In this document: piece after piece, positions 18,734 to 28,267 of the stretch | How the letters are laid out: the number at the start of each line of letters is the position of its first letter | Numbering within the stretch: the stretch's first letter is position 1 | Source of the DNA: Terriglobales bacterium | Lineage (GTDB): Bacteria > Acidobacteriota > Terriglobia > Terriglobales > SCQP01 | Assembly: GCA_025451775.1 (NCBI GenBank) | Contig: JANWJU010000081.1 | Span: 11,696-75,695 of the forward strand | Reading direction: 5' to 3' | Length of the DNA: 64,000 nt | The notes under the pieces: model-generated | The model's input: only the letters and a program-made list of their open reading frames with translations | What the model was told of the DNA's origin: nothing | The model's database searches: none | Position numbers and translations under genes: made by a program

Positions 18734-21700
18734 AGCGCCGTCAGTTTTTTGTTGTAGCCGCACTCATGGCCAGCCTGACGGGGCTCGGAATGGCGCAGAA
18801 CAGCGGCCGGGGCGGGTCCGCGAGCGGCACCGCCGCGGAGTCCCTGCTGGACCGGCTGCCGCGCGTTTCTGGCAACGGCTACGCGGCGGCACTCGCGGCG
18901 GCGCGGCAGCGCGGTCCCAACGGCACCGCCGACGTGCTGTGGCTGGAGTTGTTCTACGGCCCGCCCGCGGCCAAGGCGGAAGCGGAGACGGCGCTGGCAC
19001 GGGTGACCACCCCGCCGGCATCCGCGGCGGCGGAGATGGCGTTTGTACAGTTTGTCTCGGCCTACTCCCAAGGGCAGGACCGGCAGATGCTGGCGGCGGC
19101 GTTGCGGCTCACCGAATCCGCGCCCAACGATGTCGCGACCGAGCTCGCGGTGCGCACCTTGAGCGGGGAGTTGGAGAACCAGGGGCGGGCGCTGCTGGAT
19201 GCGGTGCCGGCCATTGAGCGGACGTTGGATGAACCGCTGGCCGATCCCACCACGGCCTATATGCTGGGGCGCTCGCTGCTGGCGGCGGTGCACGCGCCAG
19301 GGGTAGCGCTGACGCCGGAGCGGGCGCAATTGCTGGCGGGGCGGCTGGCCCACTGGCAGTTGTGGGGGCCATTTGGAAACTGGCAGAACCTGGACTTTGA
19401 CACCACCTATCCCATCGAACGCGAGCCGGCGGCGTCCTATGCCGATGGAACGCTGACGCGGCAACCGCAGGCCTTCGACAGCGCCAGCGGGGCGGTGCAG
19501 TTTCCCCTGGATTGGGGGCAGCAGGGGTTGGATTTCGCCGTGACCTATGTGCATGCCACGCGGCCGACGCGGGTCCTGCTGCGGCTCTACAGCGCCGCTT
19601 CGGCGCAGGTGGAGATCAATGGCGCCACCGTCATCGACAACGACCGGCGCGCCAGCTACACGCCAGCCACGGCGGTGGCAGCGGCCGAGCTGGCGGCGGG
19701 ATGGAGCCGAGTGGTGGTGAAGTTGGGAGGCGAGGACCGGCGGGATTTCGAACTGATGCTGCGGGCGGAATCAAGCACCGGGGGACCGGCCGCGGCCACG
19801 GCGTGGAGCAGTGCGGACATACTGCCGGCTGACGCCAAGCTGGCCGGCAAGGCGAAGATCCTGCCCGCGCCGGAGACGCTGGCGGGGTGGAGCACGGCGC
19901 GGCTGCAAGGGCAGCCGGATGACGCCTTGGCGCTGTGGGTTGACGGCATCCGGCGCGTGCAGGACGAAGATGGCGAGGGCGCGCGGGTGGCGCTGACGCG
20001 GGCGGCGGCACTGGCGCCGAACGCGGCGCCAGTGTGGCTGAATCTGGCGGAAACCTACGGCGCACTGGAGGACGCGAGCCAGAGCTGGGCTGCGGCCCAG
20101 ATGGAAACGGCGGCAGAAAAGGCGCTGAAGGCCGATCCGCGCGCGCTGCGGGCGTATGACCGTTTGGGCCACGTCTACCAATCGGAAGGAAAAAACACCC
20201 AAGCCGCCGAGCAATATGCGCACTGCACGGGCAAAGGCTATGCCGATTGCGACTGGTCGGCGTTTCACCTGGCGGCGAGCCAGCGTTGGACGCCAGAGGC
20301 GGAAACGGCGCTGAGCCATGCCTTGGTGGAATCGAGTTCGGATTGGAACTCAATCGCCAGCGCGCTGGATTTCTACTCCAGCATCGGCGATGCAGCCAAG
20401 GTGGCCGATTGGGAGCGGGTGCTTGAGGCCGATCCGCGCGCAGCAGGCACGCTGGGGGCTTACAAGTTGAATCAGGGGAACGCGGCGGCCGCCGCCGGAC
20501 TCTTGGCCACGGCGTGCGGCTTCGAGCCCTCGTCGGCGGAGTTGCGGCGACAGTATTTGGATGCGCTGCTGCTGGAGGCTCATGCGGCCGGGGGCACAGC
20601 CGAGGCCCAGGCCGCCACCGCCAAGGCGCAGTCCGAGGCAGCCAAGGCCCTGGCCGACTTTCCCCACAACCGGCAGATTGCGGCCGCGGCCAACGACATC
20701 GGACTGCAACAGAGCCTGCGACAAGGCATCGCCGATCTGCGGCGCACCGATTTCGACCGCAACAGCTTCCGGCACGAAGCCAGCTTCCTCACCGGAGATA
20801 AATTTTGGCAACCCTGGTACCACTCCGCCGCCGAGATCCTGCGGGATGCGCCCGGAAAAAGTGAGTACCCCAACGCCAGTTCGATTCTGGTTTTTGACCA
20901 GATGGTGAACCGCATCAATCCGGATTCCAGCCAGGACCAGTACATTCACCAGATTTTCCGGGTCTTGAACACGGCTGGCATCTCTCAGTTGGGCGATCAA
21001 TCGATCACGCTGGGCAGCGACCTCATCACCGTTCGCACCATCAAGCAAAGCGGGGCCATGCTACTGCCGGAGAACGTGGCCAACCTCAGCAGCATCACCA
21101 TGCCGGGGCTGGAGCCCGGCGATTACATCGAGGTTGAGTACGTGCAGCACATGCCCCCCTCAACCGTGATTCCGGGGGCGATCAACAACGAGGAGTTCTT
21201 CGTTTTCAACTCCTCCAAAGCACAGCAGCCCGACAACTACGCCGACTATGTGGTGCTGACACCGCCCCAGTATCCGCTGCTGGTGGACCAGGAGCGGTTC
21301 CCCGCCCCACCTACAGTGACGACCATGCGCGATGGTGAAATCGCGCGGGAGTGGTTGCTGCAGAAGATGCAGGAACTGGTGACCGAGCCGCACATGCCGC
21401 CCGAAGCAAACTTGGTGCCGAAAGTGTGGATCAGCAGCAGCACCATGAGTTGGAGCGACCTCAGCCAGTACATGGCCGACCATCTTTATGCGGTGCAAAA
21501 AGCCACGCCCGAGATGCAGGCGGAGGCGGCGAAGCTGGCGGCGGGGCAGGCGGGACCCATCGGCCGCGCGGATGCGATCTTCGATTGGGTAGCGGCGAAC
21601 ATTCAGCCGGCGCAGGGGGCCATGCTGCAGCCGGCACGGCAGTATTTCACCGACGGCAGCGGCAACCGGACATCGGTATTTTTAGGGCTGCTGGCGGCGG

Positions 21701-22626
21701 CGCGTGTGCCGTTCCAACTGGTGCTGACGCGCGGGGTGACGGATGATTCGTCGACCAAGATTCCCAGTTTGTACCAGTTCTCGTACCCGCTGGTCCACGT
21801 GGGTAACGGCGCGGGACCTGCGGGCTGGTATGACTTGAACGGGAATTTTGCGCGTCAAGGGTATCTTGTGCCGGACGTGCGTGGCGCGCTCGCGCTCGTC
21901 ACGGGCGCGACGGGAACGGCGGAATTTACACACGTGCCGCAGTTCGTCTCCCCGCTGGATGGGGTGGTGATCACTGCAACCGGGACGGTGGCCGACTCGG
22001 GCGATGCCACACTCAAGCTGCGGCTCGAGTTCCGGGGACCCAACGGCCAGCAGATCCGGGAGGCGCTGGCCGATCAGCCGGCCTCCAGCCTGCCACAGAT
22101 CTACCAGCAAATGGCGCTGTCCAATTATCCCAACGCTTCCGCGACTGGCGGGGAGGTGGCGAACCTCACCGACAAGAGCCGGCCGCTGGTGATCACGGTC
22201 GACGTCACCGTCCCCGGCTTCGTCCACAACGACGGCGGAACGGCGTGGGATATCGAACACCTCGCCAGCCCGACCGGATTGCTGCAGCGGTATGCCCCAC
22301 TGCCGTTCCGTACACATCCTTTGGAGATTTCGGGCGGGAGCTTCGAGCAGACCCAGGTGGCGGTCACTTTACCGGCGCGTTTTGCCGGGGTGGAACTGCC
22401 GCCCGATGCACGCATCAACAACACGTTTGGGAGCTTCAGCGCCAGCTATGCGGACCATGGCGGTAAGATCGTGTTCGACCGGAGCATGGAACTGAAGCCC
22501 AACCTGATCCCGCCCAACCAGTACGACGCGTTCCGCAACTTCGGCGAGAGCGTCGACAATCAGGACCGGCTGCGAATCACAGGCACGGTGGCAGCGGCGG
22601 CGGCCGCTCCGAGGGCGAGCCGCTAA
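18730..22626 (+). CDS. Secreted TPR + DUF3857 transglutaminase-like protein lacking the catalytic Cys/His
   Basis: ATGA overlap with upstream gene; same architecture (WQLWGPF, TPR, PGLEPGDYIEVEY); active-site region reads GNRTSVF/FSYPLV/WYDL. Confidence 0.8.
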   Translation: MKRRQFFVVAALMASLTGLGMAQNSGRGGSASGTAAESLLDRLPRVSGNGYAAALAAARQRGPNGTADVLWLELFYGPPAAKAEAETALARVTTPPASAAAEMAFVQFVSAYSQGQDRQMLAAALRLTESAPNDVATELAVRTLSGELENQGRALLDAVPAIERTLDEPLADPTTAYMLGRSLLAAVHAPGVALTPERAQLLAGRLAHWQLWGPFGNWQNLDFDTTYPIEREPAASYADGTLTRQPQAFDSASGAVQFPLDWGQQGLDFAVTYVHATRPTRVLLRLYSAASAQVEINGATVIDNDRRASYTPATAVAAAELAAGWSRVVVKLGGEDRRDFELMLRAESSTGGPAAATAWSSADILPADAKLAGKAKILPAPETLAGWSTARLQGQPDDALALWVDGIRRVQDEDGEGARVALTRAAALAPNAAPVWLNLAETYGALEDASQSWAAAQMETAAEKALKADPRALRAYDRLGHVYQSEGKNTQAAEQYAHCTGKGYADCDWSAFHLAASQRWTPEAETALSHALVESSSDWNSIASALDFYSSIGDAAKVADWERVLEADPRAAGTLGAYKLNQGNAAAAAGLLATACGFEPSSAELRRQYLDALLLEAHAAGGTAEAQAATAKAQSEAAKALADFPHNRQIAAAANDIGLQQSLRQGIADLRRTDFDRNSFRHEASFLTGDKFWQPWYHSAAEILRDAPGKSEYPNASSILVFDQMVNRINPDSSQDQYIHQIFRVLNTAGISQLGDQSITLGSDLITVRTIKQSGAMLLPENVANLSSITMPGLEPGDYIEVEYVQHMPPSTVIPGAINNEEFFVFNSSKAQQPDNYADYVVLTPPQYPLLVDQERFPAPPTVTTMRDGEIAREWLLQKMQELVTEPHMPPEANLVPKVWISSSTMSWSDLSQYMADHLYAVQKATPEMQAEAAKLAAGQAGPIGRADAIFDWVAANIQPAQGAMLQPARQYFTDGSGNRTSVFLGLLAAARVPFQLVLTRGVTDDSSTKIPSLYQFSYPLVHVGNGAGPAGWYDLNGNFARQGYLVPDVRGALALVTGATGTAEFTHVPQFVSPLDGVVITATGTVADSGDATLKLRLEFRGPNGQQIREALADQPASSLPQIYQQMALSNYPNASATGGEVANLTDKSRPLVITVDVTVPGFVHNDGGTAWDIEHLASPTGLLQRYAPLPFRTHPLEISGGSFEQTQVAVTLPARFAGVELPPDARINNTFGSFSASYADHGGKIVFDRSMELKPNLIPPNQYDAFRNFGESVDNQDRLRITGTVAAAAAAPRASR

Positions 22627-22654
22627 AGCATCAACTCCTAGCGTTGACGGTTGA

Positions 22655-23107
22655 CTAAGCGCGGAGGGCGGTAGCAGCTTCCTGCTCCCAGGGCTTGGGC
22701 TGGCGGCCCTCGTCGCGGAACCAGACGCGGTCGTAGATGTAGCGATCGCTGACCGAACCCAAGGCCTCGTTGTAGAGCGAAGGGATGCCGCAGGCATAGC
22801 GAAGCTCATTTTCGAAGCGGGCCAACGTGCTCAGCTCTTCCGGCCGGGCAGGCATTTCGGCATCGGCGGACTTGAAGAACTTTTGATAGCCGCGGTCGAT
22901 GAGGCGTGCCAACTCGCCGTTGAGGACGCGTCCAGGCGCCACCGCGATCCCGGCGGATTTTCCGCCGGCACCGGGACCGAGGATGGCGGCGCATTCGTAC
23001 TTACGCACGAGCAGGTTGCCGCCCGAAAGCGAAGTGCAGGTAAAGCCGAGGCCCGCGAGCTTCTGCTGAGCCTGCTCAAACGTGGGAGGAACGATTTTGC
23101 GCGCCAT
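22655..23107 (-). CDS. Hypothetical protein
   Basis: 150-aa ORF with normal composition and TATAAT 8 nt upstream of ATG; motifs LIDRGYQKF, SLYNEALGSVSDRYIYDRV. Confidence 0.75.
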   Translation of the reverse strand: MARKIVPPTFEQAQQKLAGLGFTCTSLSGGNLLVRKYECAAILGPGAGGKSAGIAVAPGRVLNGELARLIDRGYQKFFKSADAEMPARPEELSTLARFENELRYACGIPSLYNEALGSVSDRYIYDRVWFRDEGRQPKPWEQEAATALRA

Positions 23108-23139
23108 GAAGCAAAATTATACCTTGGTACAATTCAGAG

Positions 23140-24042
23140 ATGTTAGGTCAGAGCCTGATTGACCGCATTGGCCATACTCCGCTGCTGGCGCTGGGGAAGG
23201 CGGAGTCGGGGGCCGAGCTGCTCGCCAAGGCGGAGTGGACCAACCCCGGCGGGAGTGTGAAGGACCGGGCGGCGTGGTCCATGCTGGAGGCGGCGGAGCG
23301 GAGCGGGGCGATGAACGCCTCGCGGACGCTGCTGGAGGCCACCAGCGGCAACACCGGCATTGCGCTGGCGATGCTGTGTGCGGCGCGCGGGTACAAGGTG
23401 CGGCTGTGTTTGCCGGAGAACATCAGCCCGGAGCGGCGGCGTATTTTGGCGGCGTACGGAGCCGAGATCACATTCACGGATCCGGCCGAGAGTTCCGATG
23501 GAGCGATCCGCAAGGCGCGGGAAATCATGGCCGCGGAACCGGACAAATACTGCTACACCGATCAGTACTCGAACCCAGCGAACTGGCGGGCCCATTACCG
23601 CACGACGGCGGAGGAGATCTGGCAGCAGACCGAGGGGCGGGTCACGCATTTCGCCGCGACCATGGGGACGAGCGGGACGTTCATCGGCACGGCGCGGCGG
23701 CTGAAGGAGCTGAACCCGGCGATCCGGTGCGTTTCGCTGCAGCCGGACGCCGCCTTCCATGGTCTGGAGGGGCTGAAGCACATGGCGAGCGCCATGGTGC
23801 CGGCGATTTACGATCCCAGCGTGGCGGACGAGGACTTGGGCATCTCGACCGAAGCGGCGTACGCGGCGGTGCGGTACTTGGCGCGCAAGCAAGGACTGCT
23901 GGTGGGGATCAGCGCGGGCGCGGCGTGGGCAGGGATCAACCTGGTAGCGCGGCGGGCGCCAGCGGGTGCGGTGGTGGTGACCGTATTTGCCGACAACGCC
24001 GACAAATATTTGAGCGAGCGATTTTGGCAGGAGGGGAAGTAA
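23140..24042 (+). CDS. cysM: PLP-dependent cysteine synthase (CysM-like)
   Basis: IGHTPL, NPGGSVKDR, EATSGNTG, MGTSGT; co-located with JAB, MoaD-like and MoeZ genes. Confidence 0.88.
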   Translation: MLGQSLIDRIGHTPLLALGKAESGAELLAKAEWTNPGGSVKDRAAWSMLEAAERSGAMNASRTLLEATSGNTGIALAMLCAARGYKVRLCLPENISPERRRILAAYGAEITFTDPAESSDGAIRKAREIMAAEPDKYCYTDQYSNPANWRAHYRTTAEEIWQQTEGRVTHFAATMGTSGTFIGTARRLKELNPAIRCVSLQPDAAFHGLEGLKHMASAMVPAIYDPSVADEDLGISTEAAYAAVRYLARKQGLLVGISAGAAWAGINLVARRAPAGAVVVTVFADNADKYLSERFWQEGK

Positions 24043-24509
24043 TGGGGCTGTGGATGCCAGGGGCGCAGATGGAGGCGGTGCTGCGGCACGGCGAGGCGAG
24101 CTATCCCCATGAATGCTGCGGGCTGCTGCTGGGGCATCCGGCGGCCGACGCCAGGGCGCCGCGGCGGGTGGTCGAGGCGCATGCGATGCGCAACGCCAAC
24201 GCCGCTTCGCCGCGCAACCGCTTTGATTTCGACCCCAAGGAGCATCTGGCGGCGCAGCGGCAGGCCCGGGAGCGGGGCTTGGAAGTCATCGGTTTTTATC
24301 ACTCCCATCCCGATCATCCGGCCCGGCCATCGCAGTACGACCTCGACCACGCCGCCTGGCCGGGGTATTCTTATCTCATCGTCTCCATCATGGAGGGACG
24401 GGCGGCGAGCGGCGAAGCGGCGGCACGATCATTCGAGCTGGCCGAGGACCGCAGCCACTTTATCCAGGAGACGGTGGAGACTTCCGGGGTAGAGACTGAA
24501 TCGGCGTGA
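24042..24509 (+). CDS. mec: JAB/MPN (M67) metallopeptidase, Mec-like sulfur-carrier peptidase
   Basis: TAATG overlap with cysM; PHECCG and JAMM motif YHSHPDHPARPSQYD. Confidence 0.88.
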   Translation: MGLWMPGAQMEAVLRHGEASYPHECCGLLLGHPAADARAPRRVVEAHAMRNANAASPRNRFDFDPKEHLAAQRQARERGLEVIGFYHSHPDHPARPSQYDLDHAAWPGYSYLIVSIMEGRAASGEAAARSFELAEDRSHFIQETVETSGVETESA

Positions 24510-24571
24510 CCAATCGGTGTGACGGGCAACGGCGGCCGCGCATCGGAACACAGGAGGAAATCACTATCGCC

Positions 24572-24877
24572 ATGGCCATCAAGGTGTTCATCCCGACGCC
24601 GCTGCGCGCCTATACCGACCGGAAGGTCGAGGTGGAGGCGCAAGGCCAGGACGTGGGCGAGGTGTTGGAGCATTTGATGCAAGCGCATCCGCAGTTGCGG
24701 GGACAGTTGATGAACCCGGACGGGCAGTTGCGCAGCTTCGTCAACGTCTACCTGAACGACGAGGATATTCGCTATACTGGGAGCGAGAAGACCCCAGTGA
24801 AAGCCAACGACACGCTGTCGATCGTCCCGTCCATTGCCGGCGGCTCCCCCGCCGCTGTCGCCAGCGGGCGATGTTGA
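24572..24877 (+). CDS. MoaD/ThiS-family ubiquitin-like sulfur carrier (CysO-like) with C-terminal extension
   Basis: KVFIPTPLR..FVNVYLNDEDIR..IVPSIAGG followed by SPAAVASGRC; AGGAGG upstream. Confidence 0.88.
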   Translation: MAIKVFIPTPLRAYTDRKVEVEAQGQDVGEVLEHLMQAHPQLRGQLMNPDGQLRSFVNVYLNDEDIRYTGSEKTPVKANDTLSIVPSIAGGSPAAVASGRC

Positions 24878-24962
24878 CCTGCCCTTCCCGCCCCTGGATC
24901 CCTGACAATTTTCTAGCAGCGTAGAACCCCGCCAGCGTGGTTGGGGTGGGAGGTATTTCTCC

Positions 24963-26141
24963 ATGGCAACCGCAGTTGAACCAGCAGTGTTGAACAAAGA
25001 AGAAATCTTACGGTATAGCCGGCACCTGATCATTCCTGAAGTGGGGATGGAGGGGCAGCAGAAGCTCAAGCAGGCGCGCGTGCTGACGATTGGGGCGGGC
25101 GGGCTGGGCGCGCCGGTCGGATTATACTTGGCCGCCGCCGGCGTGGGGACCATCGGCATCGTGGATTTTGATGTGGTGGATTTCTCCAACCTGCAGCGGC
25201 AGGTGATCCACGCCACCGCCGACGTGGGGCGATCGAAGCTGGAATCGGCGCGGGAGAGCATCCTCGCCATCAACCCCAATGTCGAGGTCGTGGGCTATCA
25301 CACCCGCTTGGACAGCAGTAACGCGCTGGAGATCTTCCGTGGCTACGACATGGTCATCGACGGCACGGACAACTTCCCTACCCGGTATCTGGTGAACGAC
25401 GCCTGCGTGCTGAGCGGAATTCCCAACGTGTACGCCAGCATTTACCGGTTTGAAGGCCAGGCGTCGGTGCTGGGGCTGCCGGACGGCCCCTGCTACCGGT
25501 GCTGGTACCCGGAGCCGCCACCGCCAGGGCTGGTGCCGAGCTGCGCCGAAGGAGGCGTGCTCGGGGTCCTGCCGGGCATCATGGGAATGATCCAGGCCAC
25601 CGAGGCGATCAAGCTCATCATCGGGATTGGCGAGCCGCTGAAGAACCGCGTGCTGCTCTTGGATGCCCTGAATATGAAGTTCCGGGAGCTGAAGCTGCGC
25701 AAGAATCCCAACTGCCCGGTGTGCGGCGACCATCCAACGGTGACGGCACTGATCGACTACCAGGAGTTTTGCGGCTTGGGACGCGGCGGCGTGGCGCCAG
25801 CAGCCGAGGCCGCATCTGAGGAAAGCGTGGAGATCACGGCGGGAGAGCTGAAGCAGGAGTTGGATGCCGGCAAGGATGTGTTCATCCTGGATGTGCGGGA
25901 GCCGTTTGAGTTCGCCATTGGACGCATTCCCAACTCGGTTCTGATCCCGCTAGGTGAGCTGCCGCGGCGGATGGAGGAGTTGGACCGGGAGCGGACGATC
26001 GTGGCCCACTGCAAGATGGGGGGCCGGTCGGCAAAAGCGGTGGAGATGCTGCGCGCGGCAGGGTTCCGGCATGTGCGCAATCTGACCGGGGGCATATTGG
26101 CCTGGTCGGACCAAGTGGACCCGTCCGTGCCAAAATACTAA
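24963..26141 (+). CDS. moeB: MoeB/MoeZ adenylyltransferase-rhodanese
   Basis: RYSRH, GAGGLG, SNLQRQ, CYRC, CPVC; C-terminal rhodanese LDVREP..HCKMGGRS. Confidence 0.93.
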   Translation: MATAVEPAVLNKEEILRYSRHLIIPEVGMEGQQKLKQARVLTIGAGGLGAPVGLYLAAAGVGTIGIVDFDVVDFSNLQRQVIHATADVGRSKLESARESILAINPNVEVVGYHTRLDSSNALEIFRGYDMVIDGTDNFPTRYLVNDACVLSGIPNVYASIYRFEGQASVLGLPDGPCYRCWYPEPPPPGLVPSCAEGGVLGVLPGIMGMIQATEAIKLIIGIGEPLKNRVLLLDALNMKFRELKLRKNPNCPVCGDHPTVTALIDYQEFCGLGRGGVAPAAEAASEESVEITAGELKQELDAGKDVFILDVREPFEFAIGRIPNSVLIPLGELPRRMEELDRERTIVAHCKMGGRSAKAVEMLRAAGFRHVRNLTGGILAWSDQVDPSVPKY

Positions 26142-26142
26142 A

Positions 26143-26226
26143 GTGGCTCGCCATTTTTAGCTGGGTCGCTCCCGCCGGTCGCTTGGCAGGGTATGCCCGC
26201 CCTGCTCGCGGCCCCTCCAAGCTGCC
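26143..26226 (+). repeat. Dispersed REP/MITE-like repeat, copy A (block 1 + block 2)
   Basis: GTGGCTCGCCATTTTTAGCTGGGTCGCTCCCGCCGGTCGCTTG then GCCCGCCCTGCTCGCGGCCCCTCCAAGCTGCC; matches copies at 46144, 47728 and 50518. Confidence 0.8.
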
Positions 26227-26258
26227 GCCATGAGCAGTTGTCAGCGAGCAGTTGGCGG

Positions 26259-27002
26259 CTAGGCGGTCGCCAATTGCTCCTCGTCGGTGTCGAAGTTGGA
26301 GTAGACGTGGGTGACGTCGTCCTGGTCGTCGAGGGCGTCGAGCAACTTCATGGCCTGCTCGGCTTCCTTGCCCTGCAGCTTGACGTAATTCTGCGGCACC
26401 ATGGCGAGTTCGGCGTTGTCGGGCTCGAGGCTTTTGGCCTTCAGCGCGGCAACCACGGCATCGAAGGCCTCGGGCGGGGTGAGCACTTCCCAGGCCCCAT
26501 CCTCAGCACGGAGGTCGTCGGCGCCGGCATCAAGCACGATGCTCATCAGGTCGTCTTCGCTGGCGGCTTGGCGGGGCAAGGAGATGGTGCCCAATTTTTT
26601 GAACATCCAAGCGACGCAGCCTGCCTCGCCCATGTTGCCGTGATTGCGGCTCATGAGGTGGCGGATTTCGCTCACCGTACGGTTGCGGTTGTCGGTCGTG
26701 ATGTCCATCAGGACAGCGACGCCGCCGGGGCCGTAACCTTCGAGGGAGAACTCCTCGTAGATGGCGCCCGGGAGCTCGCCCGTGCCGCGCTGAATGGCGC
26801 GCTTGATGTTGTCGGCGGGCATGTTCTCCGCCTTGGCGGCGAGGACAGCGCTGCGCAAGCGGGGATTGGAATCGATGTCGCCGCCGCCGGCGCGGGCGGC
26901 GATGGCAATTTCCTTGATGAGGCGGGTAAAAATCTTGCCGCGTTTGGCGTCAGTGGCCGCCTTTTTATGCTTGATCGTCGCCCATTTGGAGTGCCCGGAC
27001 AT
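26259..27002 (-). CDS. yebC: YebC/PmpR family protein
   Basis: MSGHSKWATIKHKK, EGYGPGGVA, TDNRNRT. Confidence 0.95.
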   Translation of the reverse strand: MSGHSKWATIKHKKAATDAKRGKIFTRLIKEIAIAARAGGGDIDSNPRLRSAVLAAKAENMPADNIKRAIQRGTGELPGAIYEEFSLEGYGPGGVAVLMDITTDNRNRTVSEIRHLMSRNHGNMGEAGCVAWMFKKLGTISLPRQAASEDDLMSIVLDAGADDLRAEDGAWEVLTPPEAFDAVVAALKAKSLEPDNAELAMVPQNYVKLQGKEAEQAMKLLDALDDQDDVTHVYSNFDTDEEQLATA

Positions 27003-27019
27003 AGGGGTCAGTATAGCAT

Positions 27020-27484
27020 TCAGGGGATCTTGAGGGCGAGGCGGAGCACCGGCTCCAGGCCTTGGGTGAGGCGGTATTGGGGAAGGTCGGCGAGGCGAAC
27101 CCAGCGGGCTTGGACGGCGTCGGTGGCGGGAGCCAGAACGGGGGGAACGTTGCCTGCGGAAGCGTGGCGTGGACGGGCGCTGAAATCGACGATCACGTAG
27201 TGGAACTGGATGCGAGCGTCGGGGGCGATTTCGATGCGATCCACCGCAGTGAGGACGGGGCCGAGATCGATCTCCAAACCGGTTTCCTCGAAGACTTCCC
27301 GCGTGGCGGCGGCACGGGCGGTTTCGCCGAGTTCGATCAGGCCGCCGGGGACACTCCACCACCCGGCCCAGGGGGGCAGGCGGCGCTGAACTAACAACAC
27401 GTGGTCGCGCAGCACCTGGTCCCGCCAAACGACCACCACCCCGACGCCGGCGAGGGGCTGGGCAGGGAATTCGCGGGTGGGCAT
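27020..27484 (-). CDS. NUDIX hydrolase
   Basis: Nudix box GGLIELGETARAAATREVFEETGL. Confidence 0.92.
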   Translation of the reverse strand: MPTREFPAQPLAGVGVVVVWRDQVLRDHVLLVQRRLPPWAGWWSVPGGLIELGETARAAATREVFEETGLEIDLGPVLTAVDRIEIAPDARIQFHYVIVDFSARPRHASAGNVPPVLAPATDAVQARWVRLADLPQYRLTQGLEPVLRLALKIP

Positions 27485-27569
27485 GCCTTATGCTAGCGGA
27501 AGCGGCGCAAGAAGCCGAATCTGTGTATCTTAAACAAAGGAGCTGGGAGTCGAGTCGCCAGGAGGGCGC

Positions 27570-27881
27570 ATGGTTTTCTGTCCCGCATGTGAGGCCGATA
27601 TGGACTTGGACGAAGAACAACTGCAAGAAGGCGGAGTGGTGAGCTGCGGCGGCTGCGGCGTCCACTTCGAAGTCGTTAACCCCCACCCGCTCGAATTGGA
27701 GCGCCTCAGCGCCGATGCCGATGACGAAGATGAGGACGAGGACGAGGACGACGACGACGAGTTTGACGACGACGAGGAGGATGAAGACGAGGACGACGAC
27801 GAGGATGAGGATGAAGACGAGCTGAGCTACGACGAAGAGGAAAACGACGGTTACGGCGACGGCGAGGACGAGGACGAATGA
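27570..27881 (+). CDS. LysW-like zinc-ribbon protein with long Asp/Glu tail
   Basis: CPAC...CGGC..FEVV...PLEL zinc ribbon, then more than 50 residues mostly D/E; GGAGG RBS. Confidence 0.78.
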   Translation: MVFCPACEADMDLDEEQLQEGGVVSCGGCGVHFEVVNPHPLELERLSADADDEDEDEDEDDDDEFDDDEEDEDEDDDEDEDEDELSYDEEENDGYGDGEDEDE

Positions 27882-28267
27882 GAGGAGCTCAGTGCCGGCT
27901 GGTGCTGGCAGGGCTGCTGGTGGCGGGGCTCGGTGTGTGCGGAGTCGCGGCCAGTAGCCCCAAGCTGCTGGGACAAGACGTCCAGATCGCGCCGCCCAAG
28001 CTCGGCCGCAGCGTGCGCGGCACGGTGCTCAATGCCGTTCACCAACCGTTGGCCCAGGCCGTCGTTCATCTGGTCAACGCCGACAGCAAAGTGGAGCACA
28101 CGGTCATTACGGGCAACGATGGCAGCTACAGTTTTTACGACCTGAAGAAGAACACGACCTACTCGGTGTATGCGGTCTGGAAGGGACACAAGAGCGCCAG
28201 CCGCACGGATTCCCAGTACAGCCCCGAGACCGACGTCCGGCTGGACCTCACGATTCCGGTGGCCTAG
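27878..28267 (+). CDS. Secreted carboxypeptidase-regulatory-like (Ig-fold) domain protein
   Basis: ATGA overlap; signal peptide; VRGTV..PLAQAVV.L..ITGNDGSYSF.DL. Confidence 0.8.
   Translation: MRGAQCRLVLAGLLVAGLGVCGVAASSPKLLGQDVQIAPPKLGRSVRGTVLNAVHQPLAQAVVHLVNADSKVEHTVITGNDGSYSFYDLKKNTTYSVYAVWKGHKSASRTDSQYSPETDVRLDLTIPVA

Noticed and set aside
27715-27880. GAC/GAG tandem repeats as a CRISPR array or satellite
   Set aside because: They encode an Asp/Glu tail and show no repeat-spacer structure. No CRISPR array or cas gene was found in the window.
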